Source: Pseudomonadota bacterium (lineage in GTDB: Bacteria > Pseudomonadota > Alphaproteobacteria > Rhodobacterales > Rhodobacteraceae). Taken from it: a DNA stretch of 64,000 bases. The notes below the pieces were generated by a model. The model was not told where the DNA came from, searched no databases, and saw nothing but the letters and a program-made list of their open reading frames with translations. A program made the position numbers and the translations under genes. Location: positions 3,811-67,810 of the forward strand of contig JBCBPV010000014.1 of assembly GCA_039820585.1 (NCBI GenBank). Reading direction: 5' to 3'. Shown here in pieces: positions 32,931 through 43,517 of this stretch. Within the stretch, counting starts at the first letter, position 1. Each line of letters opens with the position of its first letter.

Positions 32931-33340
32931 GCCGTCGCCGCCGCCATAGCGGTATCCATCAGCGCCATGATGTCGGCCTTGCTGGTCCCCGCCACGATGC
33001 GCCCAAGCTCCTGATCGCCTTTCAGCACGACCAGTGTTGACCGACGCGGGATCTGCAACCGGTTGGCCAGGTCGGACTGGCTGTGATCATCCCAGTTCAC
33101 CGACACGAAAGAAATCGCATCCGCATAGGCCGGGTTCTCAGCCTTCAGCGCATTGATCGTCCGCTCCTGCGCCGCGCAGGTCGTGCACCACGGCGTGTAG
33201 AAATCCACAAACACGGTCTTGCCCTCGGCCAGCTGCTGGTCGACCAGACCGGGGGTATAGGGCGTGCCGGTGGCGGCACTGGCAACTGCGGGGGCAGCGG
33301 CCACAGCAGCGGTAGAGATCAGAAAGTCGCGACGTTTCAT
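32927..33340 (-). CDS. Periplasmic thioredoxin-family protein (TAT signal)
   Basis: [22 protein letters not shown] followed by the WCTTC active site. Paired with ccdA. Confidence 0.8.
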   Translation of the reverse strand: MKRRDFLISTAAVAAAPAVASAATGTPYTPGLVDQQLAEGKTVFVDFYTPWCTTCAAQERTINALKAENPAYADAISFVSVNWDDHSQSDLANRLQIPRRSTLVVLKGDQELGRIVAGTSKADIMALMDTAMAAATA

Positions 33341-33359
33341 ATTGGTACTCCTCAAGGAT

Positions 33360-34073
33360 CTACAAAGAGACAGACAGATCGATCAACCAGGGCGGCAGGT
33401 TCTGGATCGCCCAGATCTCGATCATGTGGTGAACTTTCAGCAGGATGGCCGCGCCCACGGCCACAAAGACCGCGCCCATGATCGGCCGCGCCTTGGCGGC
33501 AATCACCCGCATCGCGGCCTGGCGCCGCTGGATCGCCGAACGCGCGCCATAGCCCAGCGCGATGATGATCGTCGACACACCCAGCGCGAAAAACACCATG
33601 ATCGCCGCCGCCCGGCCCAGGCTTTCCCCCTGGCTCGCCAGCGATATCGCCCCGCCCAGCGTCGGCCCGATACACGGGCTCCACACCGCGCCCAACAGCA
33701 TCCCGCCCAGAAACTGGCCTGTGCCGCCAGAGCGATCAATCTCATCCATCCCCGCATCTGCCTGGGCCGAAATCCCCGCAGTCGCGGTGGCAAAGCTTTC
33801 CGAGAACCGGGGCACCAGCAGGATCAGACCAAAGCCGATCATCAGCACAGCACCCGCATTCGAAATCGTCTCAGGCGTGATGCCCAGCGACCGGCCAAAC
33901 ACCGTCACCGCCATGCCCAGCACCACAAACGACACGCTCATCCCCGCGGCCACCAACAGCGGCCCATGCCGCCCGCTTTGCAACGCGGTGGCCAACACGA
34001 TCGGCAGCACCGGCAAGACGCAAGGATTAATCAGCGTCAGCAGGCCCGCCCCATAGGCAAGGATCATCTCCAT
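33360..34073 (-). CDS. ccdA: Cytochrome c biogenesis / thiol-disulfide transfer membrane protein CcdA (DsbD family)
   Basis: LTLINPCVLPVLP and VWSPCIGP conserved Cys-Pro motifs, with 6 TM helices. Confidence 0.85.
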   Translation of the reverse strand: MEMILAYGAGLLTLINPCVLPVLPIVLATALQSGRHGPLLVAAGMSVSFVVLGMAVTVFGRSLGITPETISNAGAVLMIGFGLILLVPRFSESFATATAGISAQADAGMDEIDRSGGTGQFLGGMLLGAVWSPCIGPTLGGAISLASQGESLGRAAAIMVFFALGVSTIIIALGYGARSAIQRRQAAMRVIAAKARPIMGAVFVAVGAAILLKVHHMIEIWAIQNLPPWLIDLSVSL

Positions 34074-34144
34074 CGGCCATCGGCATACGCGCCAGACCCC
34101 TGACCTGTCAGCAAAAACTGCTGACACATCCCTTCACATGCGCG

Positions 34145-35014
34145 TCAGTGTGCGCCCCGTCGCGCCCGCTGCACCGCCCCGATCCCCACCGTGATGATCG
34201 CCACGCCCACAATATCGGCCGGTCCCAGCGTCTCACCCAGCACCAGCGCCGCAATCGCCACGCCGAAAAACGGGTTCAGAAAGTGAAACGTCGCTGCCCG
34301 CACCGCCCCGATCCGGCCCACCAGCGTGAACCAGACCCAGGTTGCCGCAAGGCCCGGCACCAGCGTGGTATAGGTAAACGCCGCAATCAGCTGCCAGCTC
34401 CACCGCACCTCCAGCGTCTCGGTCAATCCACCGGCAACGCCCAGCGCCGCACTGCCCACCAGCATCTGCAGGCCCACCACCATCAACACGTTGCCCCCCG
34501 ACGCCGCCCCGCGCATCGCCAGCGTTGCAAAGGTCAGCGCCAGCGCCCCCAGCCCGCACAAGGCCAGCCCGAACAGATCGATCCCCCCGCCGATCCGTGT
34601 GCCCATAATCAACACCACACCACCAAACCCTGCCACCAGCCCGGCAATGCCCAGGGGCGGCAACCGCTCCCCAAACACCGCCCAACCAAACAGCGCCACC
34701 AAGAGCGGCAGGCTGGAGGCAACGATGGCCGCGACCGAGGCCTCCACCGTCTGCATCGCCATAAAATTCAGCCCCAGATACAGCGCGTTCTGACAGATCC
34801 CGAACAGGATCGTCGCGTACATCTGCCCTCGCGTCAGCGACCAGCTTTGCCCAATCCACCGCGCAATCACGACAGCAATCACACCAGAGATCGCGAACCG
34901 CACCGCCAGCGTCGTCAAGGGCGGCGCATCCGCCACGATGATTCGCGCCGAGGTAAAGGCCGACGACCACATCAGCGCAAAGGCTAGCCCCATCCCAATC
35001 GCGCGTATGTCCAT
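34145..35014 (-). CDS. DMT superfamily (EamA-like) transporter
   Basis: 289 aa with 10 TM helices and the duplicated EamA pattern. Confidence 0.8.
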   Translation of the reverse strand: MDIRAIGMGLAFALMWSSAFTSARIIVADAPPLTTLAVRFAISGVIAVVIARWIGQSWSLTRGQMYATILFGICQNALYLGLNFMAMQTVEASVAAIVASSLPLLVALFGWAVFGERLPPLGIAGLVAGFGGVVLIMGTRIGGGIDLFGLALCGLGALALTFATLAMRGAASGGNVLMVVGLQMLVGSAALGVAGGLTETLEVRWSWQLIAAFTYTTLVPGLAATWVWFTLVGRIGAVRAATFHFLNPFFGVAIAALVLGETLGPADIVGVAIITVGIGAVQRARRGAH

Positions 35015-35031
35015 CGTCGCCGTCCAAACTG

Positions 35032-35054
35032 AAAAGGGCCGCCCAAGGCGACCC
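35032..35054 (-). terminator. Intrinsic terminator after the HU gene
   Basis: Minus strand: GGGTCGCC-ttg-GGCGGCCC followed by TTTTC. Confidence 0.55.
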
Positions 35055-35081
35055 TTTCGTAAACTGTCCCGGTGTCCCGGC

Positions 35082-35369
35082 TCAGTCGTTTACGCTGTCC
35101 TTCAGCGCCTTTGCAATCGTCATCTTGACGACCTTATCGGCATCCTTGTGAATCTGCTCGCCCGTGGCGGGGTTGCGGACCATGCGCGCCGGACGCTCGC
35201 GGCAATAGATCTTGCCGACACCGGGAAGCGTCACGGCACCGCCGCCGCCCACTTCCTTGGTGATGATGTTCACAATTGAATCGAGCGCCGTGCCCGCAGT
35301 TTTCTTGTCGGCATCCATTTCCTCGGCCAGGGCGGCAACGAGTTGGGTTTTTGTCATTGGTTTTGCCAT
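35082..35369 (-). CDS. HU family DNA-binding protein
   Basis: MAKPMTKTQLVAALAE...LPGVGKIY...RMVRNPATGEQI arm motif. GAGGAG SD. Confidence 0.9.
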   Translation of the reverse strand: MAKPMTKTQLVAALAEEMDADKKTAGTALDSIVNIITKEVGGGGAVTLPGVGKIYCRERPARMVRNPATGEQIHKDADKVVKMTIAKALKDSVND

Positions 35370-35501
35370 GGTGATCTCCTCGTTTCGCCCTTGGTATAGG
35401 GGCGTCGTCCAATCTTTAAACGGTATATTGATATCAAACACAACGTCTGGTGGCAGTAAAATAAGGCCACACTAGCCATTTCTGTGCTGTTTTTTGCCGA
35501 T

Positions 35502-36989
35502 TCACAGGAATGCGGTTTCCTCAAAACTCCGCAATTTCCGCGAATGCACCCGTTCCAGGGGAATATCGCGCAGCTGTTCCATGGCTTGAATGCCGATCTG
35601 AAGGTGCCGCGACACCTGCGTTCGATAGAACTCTGACGCCATCCCGGGCAGCTTCAGCTCGCCATGCAGCGGCTTGTCCGACACGCACAGAAGCGTTCCA
35701 TAGGGCACCCGAAACCGGAACCCGTTCGCCGCGATCGTTGCACTTTCCATATCCAGCGCAATCGCCCGGCTCTGGCTCAACCGCTGCACCGGCCCCGATT
35801 GATCCCGAAGCTCCCAGTTGCGGTTGTCGATGGTCGCTACCGTTCCCGTCCTCATAATCCGCTTCAGGTCATAGCCCTCGTATTCGCTGACACTTGCCAC
35901 GGCCTGTTCCAGCGCGATCTGAATCTCGGCCAGCGCCGGGATCGGCACCCAGACCGGCAGGTCATCATCCAGCACATGATCCTCGCGCAAATACGCATGC
36001 GCCAGGACGAAATCCCCCAACCGCTGCGAATTCCGCAACCCCGCGCAATGCCCCACCATCAGCCACGCATGGGGCCGCAGCACCGCGATATGGTCCGTCG
36101 CCGTCTTCGCATTCGATGGCCCCACGCCGATATTGACCAACGTGATCCCGCCGCCATGCTTGCGCTTGAGATGATAGGTCGGCATCTGCGGCAGCTTCGC
36201 AGGCACCGGCAGATCGCCATCGGGATCGGTGATCACGGTATTGCCGGGCCCGACAAACGCCGTGTACCCGCTTTCGGGATCGCCCAGCACCTTGCGGGCA
36301 TAGGCCTCGAACTCTTCGACATAGAACTGATAGTTCGTGAACAGAACGTGGTTCTGGAAATGCCCCGCCTCGGTCGCCGTGTAGTGCGACAGCCGCGCCA
36401 GCGAATAGTCCACCCGCTGCGCGGTAAACGGCGCCAGCGGGCCAGACCCGTCTTCGTGGACAAAGCCAAAGCCATTGACGATATCGTCATTCGTCGTTGC
36501 CAGATCGGGCACATCGAAGATATCGCGCAGCGTGAACTGCATCGCACCTTCCTGCGGCACGGTCACGCTGGCATCGTTGGCCACCGCGAAATGCACCGGC
36601 ATCGGTGTGATCGACGGCCCGATGCTCACTGGTTGCCCGTGGTTCTCGATCAACAGGCCGATCTGCTGCACCAGATAGTTCCCAAACAGATCCGGCCGCG
36701 TCACCGTGGTGGAATAGGTCCCCGGCTCCGCCACATGGCCATAGGACAACCGGCTGTCCACAGCGGCAAAGCTCGTCGTCGAAAACCGGATCTCGGGATA
36801 AAAGGCGCGATAGCGGGACGATGGCATACCCGTCCCGCTCAACGCCTCGATAAACCGGCTGCACAGGAAATCGCTCGCCGCCGCATAAAGCTCCTGCAAC
36901 CGCGCCACCGCAGCGGCCGGATCGCGAAACTCCTCATGCTCGGGCACCGGCGGGGACACCACCGGCAGGTTCGGATTGGCCACGTTCAT
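35502..36989 (-). CDS. amn: AMP nucleosidase
   Basis: 495 aa with an N-terminal regulatory domain and a PNP/UDP-phosphorylase-like catalytic domain (VLRPHAWLMVGHCAGL...ALDMESATIA). ATGA overlap with the ade stop. Confidence 0.88.
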   Translation of the reverse strand: MNVANPNLPVVSPPVPEHEEFRDPAAAVARLQELYAAASDFLCSRFIEALSGTGMPSSRYRAFYPEIRFSTTSFAAVDSRLSYGHVAEPGTYSTTVTRPDLFGNYLVQQIGLLIENHGQPVSIGPSITPMPVHFAVANDASVTVPQEGAMQFTLRDIFDVPDLATTNDDIVNGFGFVHEDGSGPLAPFTAQRVDYSLARLSHYTATEAGHFQNHVLFTNYQFYVEEFEAYARKVLGDPESGYTAFVGPGNTVITDPDGDLPVPAKLPQMPTYHLKRKHGGGITLVNIGVGPSNAKTATDHIAVLRPHAWLMVGHCAGLRNSQRLGDFVLAHAYLREDHVLDDDLPVWVPIPALAEIQIALEQAVASVSEYEGYDLKRIMRTGTVATIDNRNWELRDQSGPVQRLSQSRAIALDMESATIAANGFRFRVPYGTLLCVSDKPLHGELKLPGMASEFYRTQVSRHLQIGIQAMEQLRDIPLERVHSRKLRSFEETAFL

Positions 36990-38803
36990 GTCGTCTCCTC
37001 AAAGAGATCTGTCAGCTCGAATTTCGTCACATCCACCAGCCCCAGGTCCGAGATCCGCAGTTCCGGGATCACCACCAGCGCGAGCAGCGAATGCTGCATA
37101 TACGCGTTGTTCAGGGTACAGCCACATTCCGCCATCGCCGACACAATCCCCTCGGCCTGCTGCGCCACCCAATGGGCGGGCGCATCCGACATCAGCCCCG
37201 CAATCGGCAACTCGACCAGCGCAATCTCCTCTCCGTCCTTCCAAACGGTCACACCGCCCCCCACCTCGGCCAGCCGGTTCGCCGCCGCCGCCATATCCGC
37301 GTGGCTGGTGCCCACAACGATCATATGGTGACTGTCATGGGCCACGGTGGACGCAATCGCCATATCGCCCGTATACCCAAACCCCGACACGAACCCGTTC
37401 ACCACATCGCCGGTCCCGCGATGCCGCTCGACCAGAGCGATCTGGCACACACCATCCACCCCGCGCACCGCGCCATCCGTCACCGGCAGCTGCGCCGTCA
37501 ACGCCTTGGTCGGCGCCTGGTTCTCCACCACGCCGATCACCTTCGCGGTGACCGTATTGGCCCCCTCGGGCGCCGGGATCTCAAAATCCCCCGCCACAAC
37601 GGGCCGACCCAGATGCACCGTCTCCCGCACCGCCTGCGGCCAGTTGAAATGCGGGCACGCCACCTGCATCTCGCCGTCCACCGCCACCGTCACACCGCGC
37701 GCAATCACGCGCGCAATCGGCAACGCGCGCAGATCCGAGGTCACAATCACATCCGCCCGCCGCCCCGGCGCAATGCTCCCCAGCTCCCGCTCCAACCCGA
37801 AATGCGCCGCGGTGTTCACCGTCGCCATCTGCAATGCGATCAGCGGATCGCAGCCACAGGCAATCGCATGCCGCACCACCCGGTTCATATGCCCGTCATT
37901 TACCAGCGTCCCGGAATGGCAGTCATCCGTGCACAGGATAAAGTTCCGCGGATCCAAGCCACGCTCGGTAATCGCGGTAATCTGGCTCTCCACGTCATAC
38001 CACGCGCTCCCCAGCCGCAGCATCGCGCGCATCCCCTGCCGCACCCGCGCCACAGCGTCCGCTTCACACGTCCCCTCATGGTCATCCGCCGGGCCCCCGG
38101 CCGCATAAGCATGGAACGCCGGCCCCAGATCGGGCGACGCATAATGCCCGCCCACGGTCTTCCCTGCGTTTTGCGTCGCCGCAATCTCCGCCAGCATCTT
38201 GGCGTCACCCGCGACAACCCCGGGGAAATTCATCATCTCCCCCAGCCCGATAATCCCCGGCCAGGTCATCGCCTCGGCCACATCTTCCGCGGAAATCTCA
38301 AACCCCGTCGTCTCCAGCCCCGGGGCCGACGGCGCACAGGACGGCATCTGCATATAGATCGACACGGGCTGCATCAGCGCCTCATCATGCATCATCCGCA
38401 CGCCGTCGAGCCCCAGCACATTGGCAATCTCATGGGGATCGGCGAACATCGTCGTCGTGCCATGGGGGATCACCGCACGGGCAAACTCCGCCGGGGTCAG
38501 CATGCCCGACTCGATATGCATATGCCCATCACACAGCCCGGGGATCAGATACTGCCCCGCGACCTCCAACACCTCGGTCCCATCACCAATGCAATGCCCC
38601 GCATCCGGCCCCACATAGGCAAAGCGCCCGGCGGCCACCGCAATCTCCCACCCGTCCAGAACCTCGCGCGTCTGCACATTCACCAGCTTGCCGCCCCGGA
38701 TCACCAGATCCGCAGGCGCACGTCCCGCGGCCACCGCAACCAGATGCGCCGCACTCTCAGACCAGGATGTAAAGGGGATGTGTTCCATGAACCGAGTTTT
38801 CAT
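36986..38803 (-). CDS. ade: Adenine deaminase
   Basis: IPGLCDGHMHIESGM metal-binding motif; about 600 aa from the ATG at 38803 (or 38788). The 141-aa upstream extension in the track ORF overlaps the divergent SDR gene and is rejected. Confidence 0.88.
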   Translation of the reverse strand: MKTRFMEHIPFTSWSESAAHLVAVAAGRAPADLVIRGGKLVNVQTREVLDGWEIAVAAGRFAYVGPDAGHCIGDGTEVLEVAGQYLIPGLCDGHMHIESGMLTPAEFARAVIPHGTTTMFADPHEIANVLGLDGVRMMHDEALMQPVSIYMQMPSCAPSAPGLETTGFEISAEDVAEAMTWPGIIGLGEMMNFPGVVAGDAKMLAEIAATQNAGKTVGGHYASPDLGPAFHAYAAGGPADDHEGTCEADAVARVRQGMRAMLRLGSAWYDVESQITAITERGLDPRNFILCTDDCHSGTLVNDGHMNRVVRHAIACGCDPLIALQMATVNTAAHFGLERELGSIAPGRRADVIVTSDLRALPIARVIARGVTVAVDGEMQVACPHFNWPQAVRETVHLGRPVVAGDFEIPAPEGANTVTAKVIGVVENQAPTKALTAQLPVTDGAVRGVDGVCQIALVERHRGTGDVVNGFVSGFGYTGDMAIASTVAHDSHHMIVVGTSHADMAAAANRLAEVGGGVTVWKDGEEIALVELPIAGLMSDAPAHWVAQQAEGIVSAMAECGCTLNNAYMQHSLLALVVIPELRISDLGLVDVTKFELTDLFEETT

Positions 38804-38951
38804 ATCTCCCGCCCATGCGCAAGCCCCACCCCTCTTTGGTCCGGCAAATATCCCGGGGGTCGCCATTGGTGCGCCATTGGTCCGAGCGACAATGGCGACG
38901 GCAGCGCCCCAGCCGCTTGCCTTCCCGCGAACAGCCAACGACAGTAAGCCC

Positions 38952-39809
38952 ATGACCACGCTGCTCTCCTTCGGCCACGGCTTCTCCGCCAAAGCGCTCA
39001 CCCCCCTCCTCACCGCAAAGGGGTGGCATGTCACCGGAACCACCCGCAGCGCAGACAAGGCAGACGCCATCCGCCACTCCGGCGCCACCCCGCTGATCTG
39101 GCCCGGCACCGACCTTACCCCCGCACTGGCCCAAGCCACCCACATCCTCATCTCCGCTGGCCCCGGCCCGGACGGCGACCCCGTCCTGAACGCCGCCCGC
39201 GACCAGATCGCCTCTGCCCCCAACATTCAATGGCTGGGCTACCTCTCCACCACCGGCGTCTACGGCGACCACCAGGGCGGCTGGGTCGATGAGGCCACCC
39301 CGCTCACCCCCTCCACCAAACGCGGCCAGCTTCGGGTCGAGGCCGAAGCCGCCTGGCAGTCCCTCGCCGCCGACGCAAACCTCCCCCTCCACATCTTCCG
39401 CCTGGCAGGCATCTATGGCCCCGGCCGCGGCCCCTTCGCCAAGGTCCGCGCTGGCACCGCCCGCCGCATCGTCAAACCGGGCCAGGTCTTCTCCCGCATC
39501 CACGTGGATGACATCGCCCAGGTCCTCGCCGCCTCCATCGAGCGGCCCCGCCCCGGCGCCATCTACAACCTCTGCGACGACGACCCAGCCCCCCCGCAAG
39601 ACGTGCTGGCCCACGCCGCAGAGCTTTTGAACCTGCCGCTGCCACCTGAAGTCGCGTTCAGCGAAGCCGAGATGACCCCCATGGCCCGCAGCTTCTACGC
39701 CGAGTCCAAGAAGGTTCGAAACGATCTGATCAAAACCGAACTGGGCGTGCGCCTGAAATACCCAACCTACCGCGACGGCCTGAAGGCCCTGCTCGCGGCC
39801 GGGGGCTAG
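38952..39809 (+). CDS. NAD(P)-binding SDR/epimerase-family oxidoreductase
   Basis: MTTLLSFGHGFSAKAL...TGVYGD...IHVDDIA. Confidence 0.8.
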   Translation: MTTLLSFGHGFSAKALTPLLTAKGWHVTGTTRSADKADAIRHSGATPLIWPGTDLTPALAQATHILISAGPGPDGDPVLNAARDQIASAPNIQWLGYLSTTGVYGDHQGGWVDEATPLTPSTKRGQLRVEAEAAWQSLAADANLPLHIFRLAGIYGPGRGPFAKVRAGTARRIVKPGQVFSRIHVDDIAQVLAASIERPRPGAIYNLCDDDPAPPQDVLAHAAELLNLPLPPEVAFSEAEMTPMARSFYAESKKVRNDLIKTELGVRLKYPTYRDGLKALLAAGG

Positions 39810-40462
39810 CCCCGCCGCCGGATCACCACCGCCAGCCCGGCCATCCCCGCCAGCACCACCACCGCGCCCACCGTCGTCTGCCCGTAAAACGCCAACCGCC
39901 CCGCCAACTCCAGGTCATTCAAAAACGGATAGGGCAGCCCACTGGTTACCGATCCAAACGGCGCGATGTTGAACGGCGCAACAAACGCCTCAATCCACAC
40001 CACATACAGCGCCACAATCCCCAGAAGCAGCGGCAAACTCCGCCAAGGCCGTCGAAACGCATCCTGAATGAAAAACGCATCGACCCACATCAGGACCGGA
40101 CCGATCAGATGCAGATAATAGTCCAGATAGACGGGTAGGGCCGGCCCCGACTGCACCAGTGCCGGGTCCGTCAACCGCAGTGACCAGTACAGATACACCA
40201 TCATCGCGTTGACCACCGCCGTCGCCGCCACCAGATGCGGCCAATGGCGGTCACTGCGCCGTTCGGTCAGCGCCAGCATCCGCGACGCCACAAAGAAAGA
40301 CAGTAAAAGCGCCCAATTGGTCAAAAACCGAAACGGCCCGCCGGGATTGCCATAGTCGCCTGCGATCACCACCTGTCGGATCACCGCTGCCGCGGCCAGC
40401 AAAAACACGATCCAGCGATAGATCAGAACCCAGCGCGCATGGGGATCATGCGCGGGTCGCAT
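39806..40462 (-). CDS. Hypothetical polytopic membrane protein (6 TM)
   Basis: 218 aa, hydrophobic and Trp/Tyr-rich, with high GC3. I do not recognise a confident family. Confidence 0.6.
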   Translation of the reverse strand: MRPAHDPHARWVLIYRWIVFLLAAAAVIRQVVIAGDYGNPGGPFRFLTNWALLLSFFVASRMLALTERRSDRHWPHLVAATAVVNAMMVYLYWSLRLTDPALVQSGPALPVYLDYYLHLIGPVLMWVDAFFIQDAFRRPWRSLPLLLGIVALYVVWIEAFVAPFNIAPFGSVTSGLPYPFLNDLELAGRLAFYGQTTVGAVVVLAGMAGLAVVIRRRG

Positions 40463-42390
40463 CAGGCCCGGCGGTTCGCGATGTCCGCAACGCCCAGCGT
40501 ATCCAGCACCTTGGCCTCGATATCCGATGCATTCAGCGCGGCCACCGCGTACATATCCGCCGGGCTCGCCTGATCGATGAAGATGTCGGGCAGTACCATC
40601 GAGCGATAGCGCAGCCCGGTATCGAACACGCCCTCTTCCGCAAGCAACTGCGCCACATGGCTGCCAAAGCCGCCAACAGCGCCTTCTTCAATCGTGATCA
40701 GCGCCTCATGCCCGCGCGCCAAGTCCAGGATCAACTCCCGATCCAAAGGCTTCGCAAACCGCGCATCCGCAATGGTCGGCGTAATCCCTCGCGCCGCCAG
40801 CGCCTCTGCCGCCACTTCCACCTCCGACAACCGTGTGCCAAAGGACAAGAGCGCCACCTGAGACCCCTCGCGGATCATCCGGCCCTTCCCGATCTCAATC
40901 GGCTCCCCCCGCTCGGGCATCTCAACGCCCACGCCTTCGCCCCGCGGGAACCGGAATGCAATCGGCCCATCGTCATGGCCCGCGGCCGTCGCCACCATAT
41001 GCACCAACTCCGCCTCATCGGCCGCCGCCATCACGACAAAGCCCGGCAGGTTCGACAGGTACCCCACGTCAAACGCCCCCGCATGGGTCGCGCCATCCGC
41101 ACCCACCAGCCCGGCCCGATCAATCGCAAACCGCACCGGCAAGCGTTGGATCGCCACGTCATGCACCACCTGGTCATAGCCCCGCTGCAAAAACGTCGAA
41201 TAGATCGCGCAGAACGGCTTCATCCCGCCCGCGGCCAGCCCGGCACAAAACGTCACCCCATGCTGCTCGGCAATCCCCACATCGAAACACCGCGACGGAT
41301 ACCGCTCGGCAAACAGCTTCAGCCCCGTGCCATCCGGCATCGCCGCCGTCACCGCCACAACCTTGTCATCGCGCGACGCCTCATCAATCAGGCTATCGGC
41401 AAAAACGCGGGTATAGCTTGGCGCGTTCGAAGGCGCCTTCTTCTGCTCGCCGGTCACCACATCGAACTTCGACACCCCATGCCCTTTGTCCCGCGAATCC
41501 TCCGCAGGGGCATAGCCCTTGCCCTTTTTTGTAATCGCATGGATCAGGATCGGCCCTGTCGCCCGCTCCTGCACCGTGCGCAGCACCGGCAATAGCTGTT
41601 CCATATCGTGCCCGTCGATGGGCCCCAGATAGGAGAATCCAAGCTCTTCAAACAGAGTCCCGCCCACGGTCAGATGCTTGACCATGTCCTTGGCCCGCCG
41701 CGCGCCTTCCTGCAGCGGCTCGGGCAACAGGCTGACCGCCCCCTTCGCCGCCGCCTTCAATTCCTGAAACGGAGCCCCGGCATAAAGCCGCGACAGGTAT
41801 TGCGACATCGCCCCCACAGGCGGGGCAATCGACATCTCATTGTCATTCAGGATCACGATCAGCCGCTTGCCCAGATGCCCCGCATTGTTCATCGCCTCAT
41901 AGGCCATGCCCGCGCTCATCGCACCGTCCCCGATCACCGCAATGCAATCGCCGATCCCGTGTTCTGGCGCACCGCCCAGATCCCGCGCTACGGCAAAGCC
42001 CAAAGCGGCAGAGATCGAGGTCGACGAATGCGCCGCCCCAAACGGGTCATAGGGACTCTCCGACCGCTTGGTGAAGCCCGACAACCCATCCTTCTGGCGC
42101 AAAGTGCGAATGCGATTCCGCCGCCCCGTCAGGATCTTGTGCGGATAGCACTGATGCGACACGTCCCAGATGATCCGGTCCTTCGGCGCATCGAACACCG
42201 CATGCAGCGCCACCGTCAGCTCAACCACCCCCAGCCCCGCACCCAGATGCCCCCCGGTTTCCGACACCGCGCTGATCGTCTCGGCGCGCAGCTCGTCGGC
42301 CAACCTGCGCAGGTCATTATCGCCAAAGCTTTTCAGATCGGCAGGAACAGACACACGGTCCAACAGCGGGGTACTTGGTCGTTTGCTCAT
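40462..42390 (-). CDS. dxs: 1-deoxy-D-xylulose-5-phosphate synthase
   Basis: [18 protein letters not shown], the TPP motif [18 protein letters not shown], and the xseB-ispA-dxs operon order. Confidence 0.95.
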   Translation of the reverse strand: MSKRPSTPLLDRVSVPADLKSFGDNDLRRLADELRAETISAVSETGGHLGAGLGVVELTVALHAVFDAPKDRIIWDVSHQCYPHKILTGRRNRIRTLRQKDGLSGFTKRSESPYDPFGAAHSSTSISAALGFAVARDLGGAPEHGIGDCIAVIGDGAMSAGMAYEAMNNAGHLGKRLIVILNDNEMSIAPPVGAMSQYLSRLYAGAPFQELKAAAKGAVSLLPEPLQEGARRAKDMVKHLTVGGTLFEELGFSYLGPIDGHDMEQLLPVLRTVQERATGPILIHAITKKGKGYAPAEDSRDKGHGVSKFDVVTGEQKKAPSNAPSYTRVFADSLIDEASRDDKVVAVTAAMPDGTGLKLFAERYPSRCFDVGIAEQHGVTFCAGLAAGGMKPFCAIYSTFLQRGYDQVVHDVAIQRLPVRFAIDRAGLVGADGATHAGAFDVGYLSNLPGFVVMAAADEAELVHMVATAAGHDDGPIAFRFPRGEGVGVEMPERGEPIEIGKGRMIREGSQVALLSFGTRLSEVEVAAEALAARGITPTIADARFAKPLDRELILDLARGHEALITIEEGAVGGFGSHVAQLLAEEGVFDTGLRYRSMVLPDIFIDQASPADMYAVAALNASDIEAKVLDTLGVADIANRRA

Positions 42391-42408
42391 CGGCCCTCCG
42401 AGGCGTCA

Positions 42409-43278
42409 CTATAGATCGCGGGAAATAACGAAGCGTGCCGCCTCCCGCAAGTTATCCGCATTCGCGCCGTAGGGATCTAGCGCGGTACAGGCCGCGTCCA
42501 CCAGTTCCCCCGCGCGGGACTTTGCCGCATCCAGACCCAGGAGCGATACGAAGGTGGCCTTCCCAGCCTCCGCATCCTTCTGCAACCGCTTGCCCGCCGT
42601 CGCCGCATCGCCTTCGACATCCAGCACATCATCGGCGATCTGAAACGCCAGCCCCAGCGCCTGCGCATAGGCCCGCAAGGGTGCAGGATCCGCCTGGCCC
42701 AAAATCGCCCCCGCCTCCGCCGACCACGTAATCAACGCGCCGGTCTTGTTCGCCTGCAAATCGGTAATCTCCTCCAGCGTCAGCACCCGCCCCGCCGTCT
42801 CGGCCGCAATGTCCTGCGCCTGGCCCAGAACCATCCCTTCCGCCCCCGCCGCCCGCGCCAGCGACCCGATCAGCGCGACGCGGACCTTGGGCTTGTCGTG
42901 GCACGCCGGTTCCGACAACAGTTCAAACGCCAGCGTCTGCAGCGCGTCCCCCACCAGAACCGCCGTCGCCTCATCCCATGTCACGTGAACCGTGGGCTGC
43001 CCCCGCCGCAGATCGTCATCATCCATGCAAGGCAGATCATCATGCACCAGCGAATAGGCATGCAGCGCCTCAATCGCGCCCGCCGTCACCACCGACTGCT
43101 CCGGCGCAATCCCGAACAGCGCCGCGCTTTCCATCACCAGATACCCGCGCAGGCGCTTCCCGCCCGACAACGCGTGGCGTAGACCCTGTTCCAGCGGTAA
43201 ATCACCCTGCGGCAGGCTCGCGTCCAGAAACGCCTGGATCGCCCGTGCCCGCGCCGTCAGTCCAAGCTGAAAGCTCAC
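42409..43278 (-). CDS. ispA: Farnesyl diphosphate synthase (polyprenyl synthetase)
   Basis: LVHDDLPCMDDDDLRRG (FARM) and QIADDVLD (SARM). The GTG at 43278 overlaps the xseB stop (GTGA). Confidence 0.9.
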   Translation of the reverse strand: MSFQLGLTARARAIQAFLDASLPQGDLPLEQGLRHALSGGKRLRGYLVMESAALFGIAPEQSVVTAGAIEALHAYSLVHDDLPCMDDDDLRRGQPTVHVTWDEATAVLVGDALQTLAFELLSEPACHDKPKVRVALIGSLARAAGAEGMVLGQAQDIAAETAGRVLTLEEITDLQANKTGALITWSAEAGAILGQADPAPLRAYAQALGLAFQIADDVLDVEGDAATAGKRLQKDAEAGKATFVSLLGLDAAKSRAGELVDAACTALDPYGANADNLREAARFVISRDL

Positions 43279-43517
43279 ATGCCCTCGGCAGGTGTCGTCC
43301 CAGTCGGCTTGCCGTCCTGATCCAACGTGATCGCGGCCACCTTTTCCTCGGCATCCTTCAGCTTCGCTTCGCAATGCGCCTTGAGCAGCGCCCCGCGCTC
43401 ATACAGCGTTATGGATTTCTCCAGCTCAACGTTTCCACTGTCCAGCTGTGTGACAATGGCCTCAAGCTCGCGCATCGCGTCTTCAAAGCTCATCTCGTCG
43501 ATCTTGGCGTCGCTCAT
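43275..43517 (-). CDS. xseB: Exodeoxyribonuclease VII small subunit
   Basis: 80 aa. SFEDAMRELEAIVTQLDSGNVELEKSITLYERG. Confidence 0.9.
   Translation of the reverse strand: MSDAKIDEMSFEDAMRELEAIVTQLDSGNVELEKSITLYERGALLKAHCEAKLKDAEEKVAAITLDQDGKPTGTTPAEGM

Noticed and set aside
35664-38947. 555-aa and 618-aa plus-strand ORFs (35664..37331 and 37091..38947)
   Set aside because: They are antisense to amn and ade. Their translations are R/H/P/Q-rich with no domain signatures.
38804-39226. 141-aa N-terminal extension of adenine deaminase in track ORF 36986..39226
   Set aside because: The extension overlaps the divergent SDR gene and the intergenic region. Homologous adenine deaminases are about 600 aa, and an ATG with a nearby GGGAGA exists at 38803/38788.
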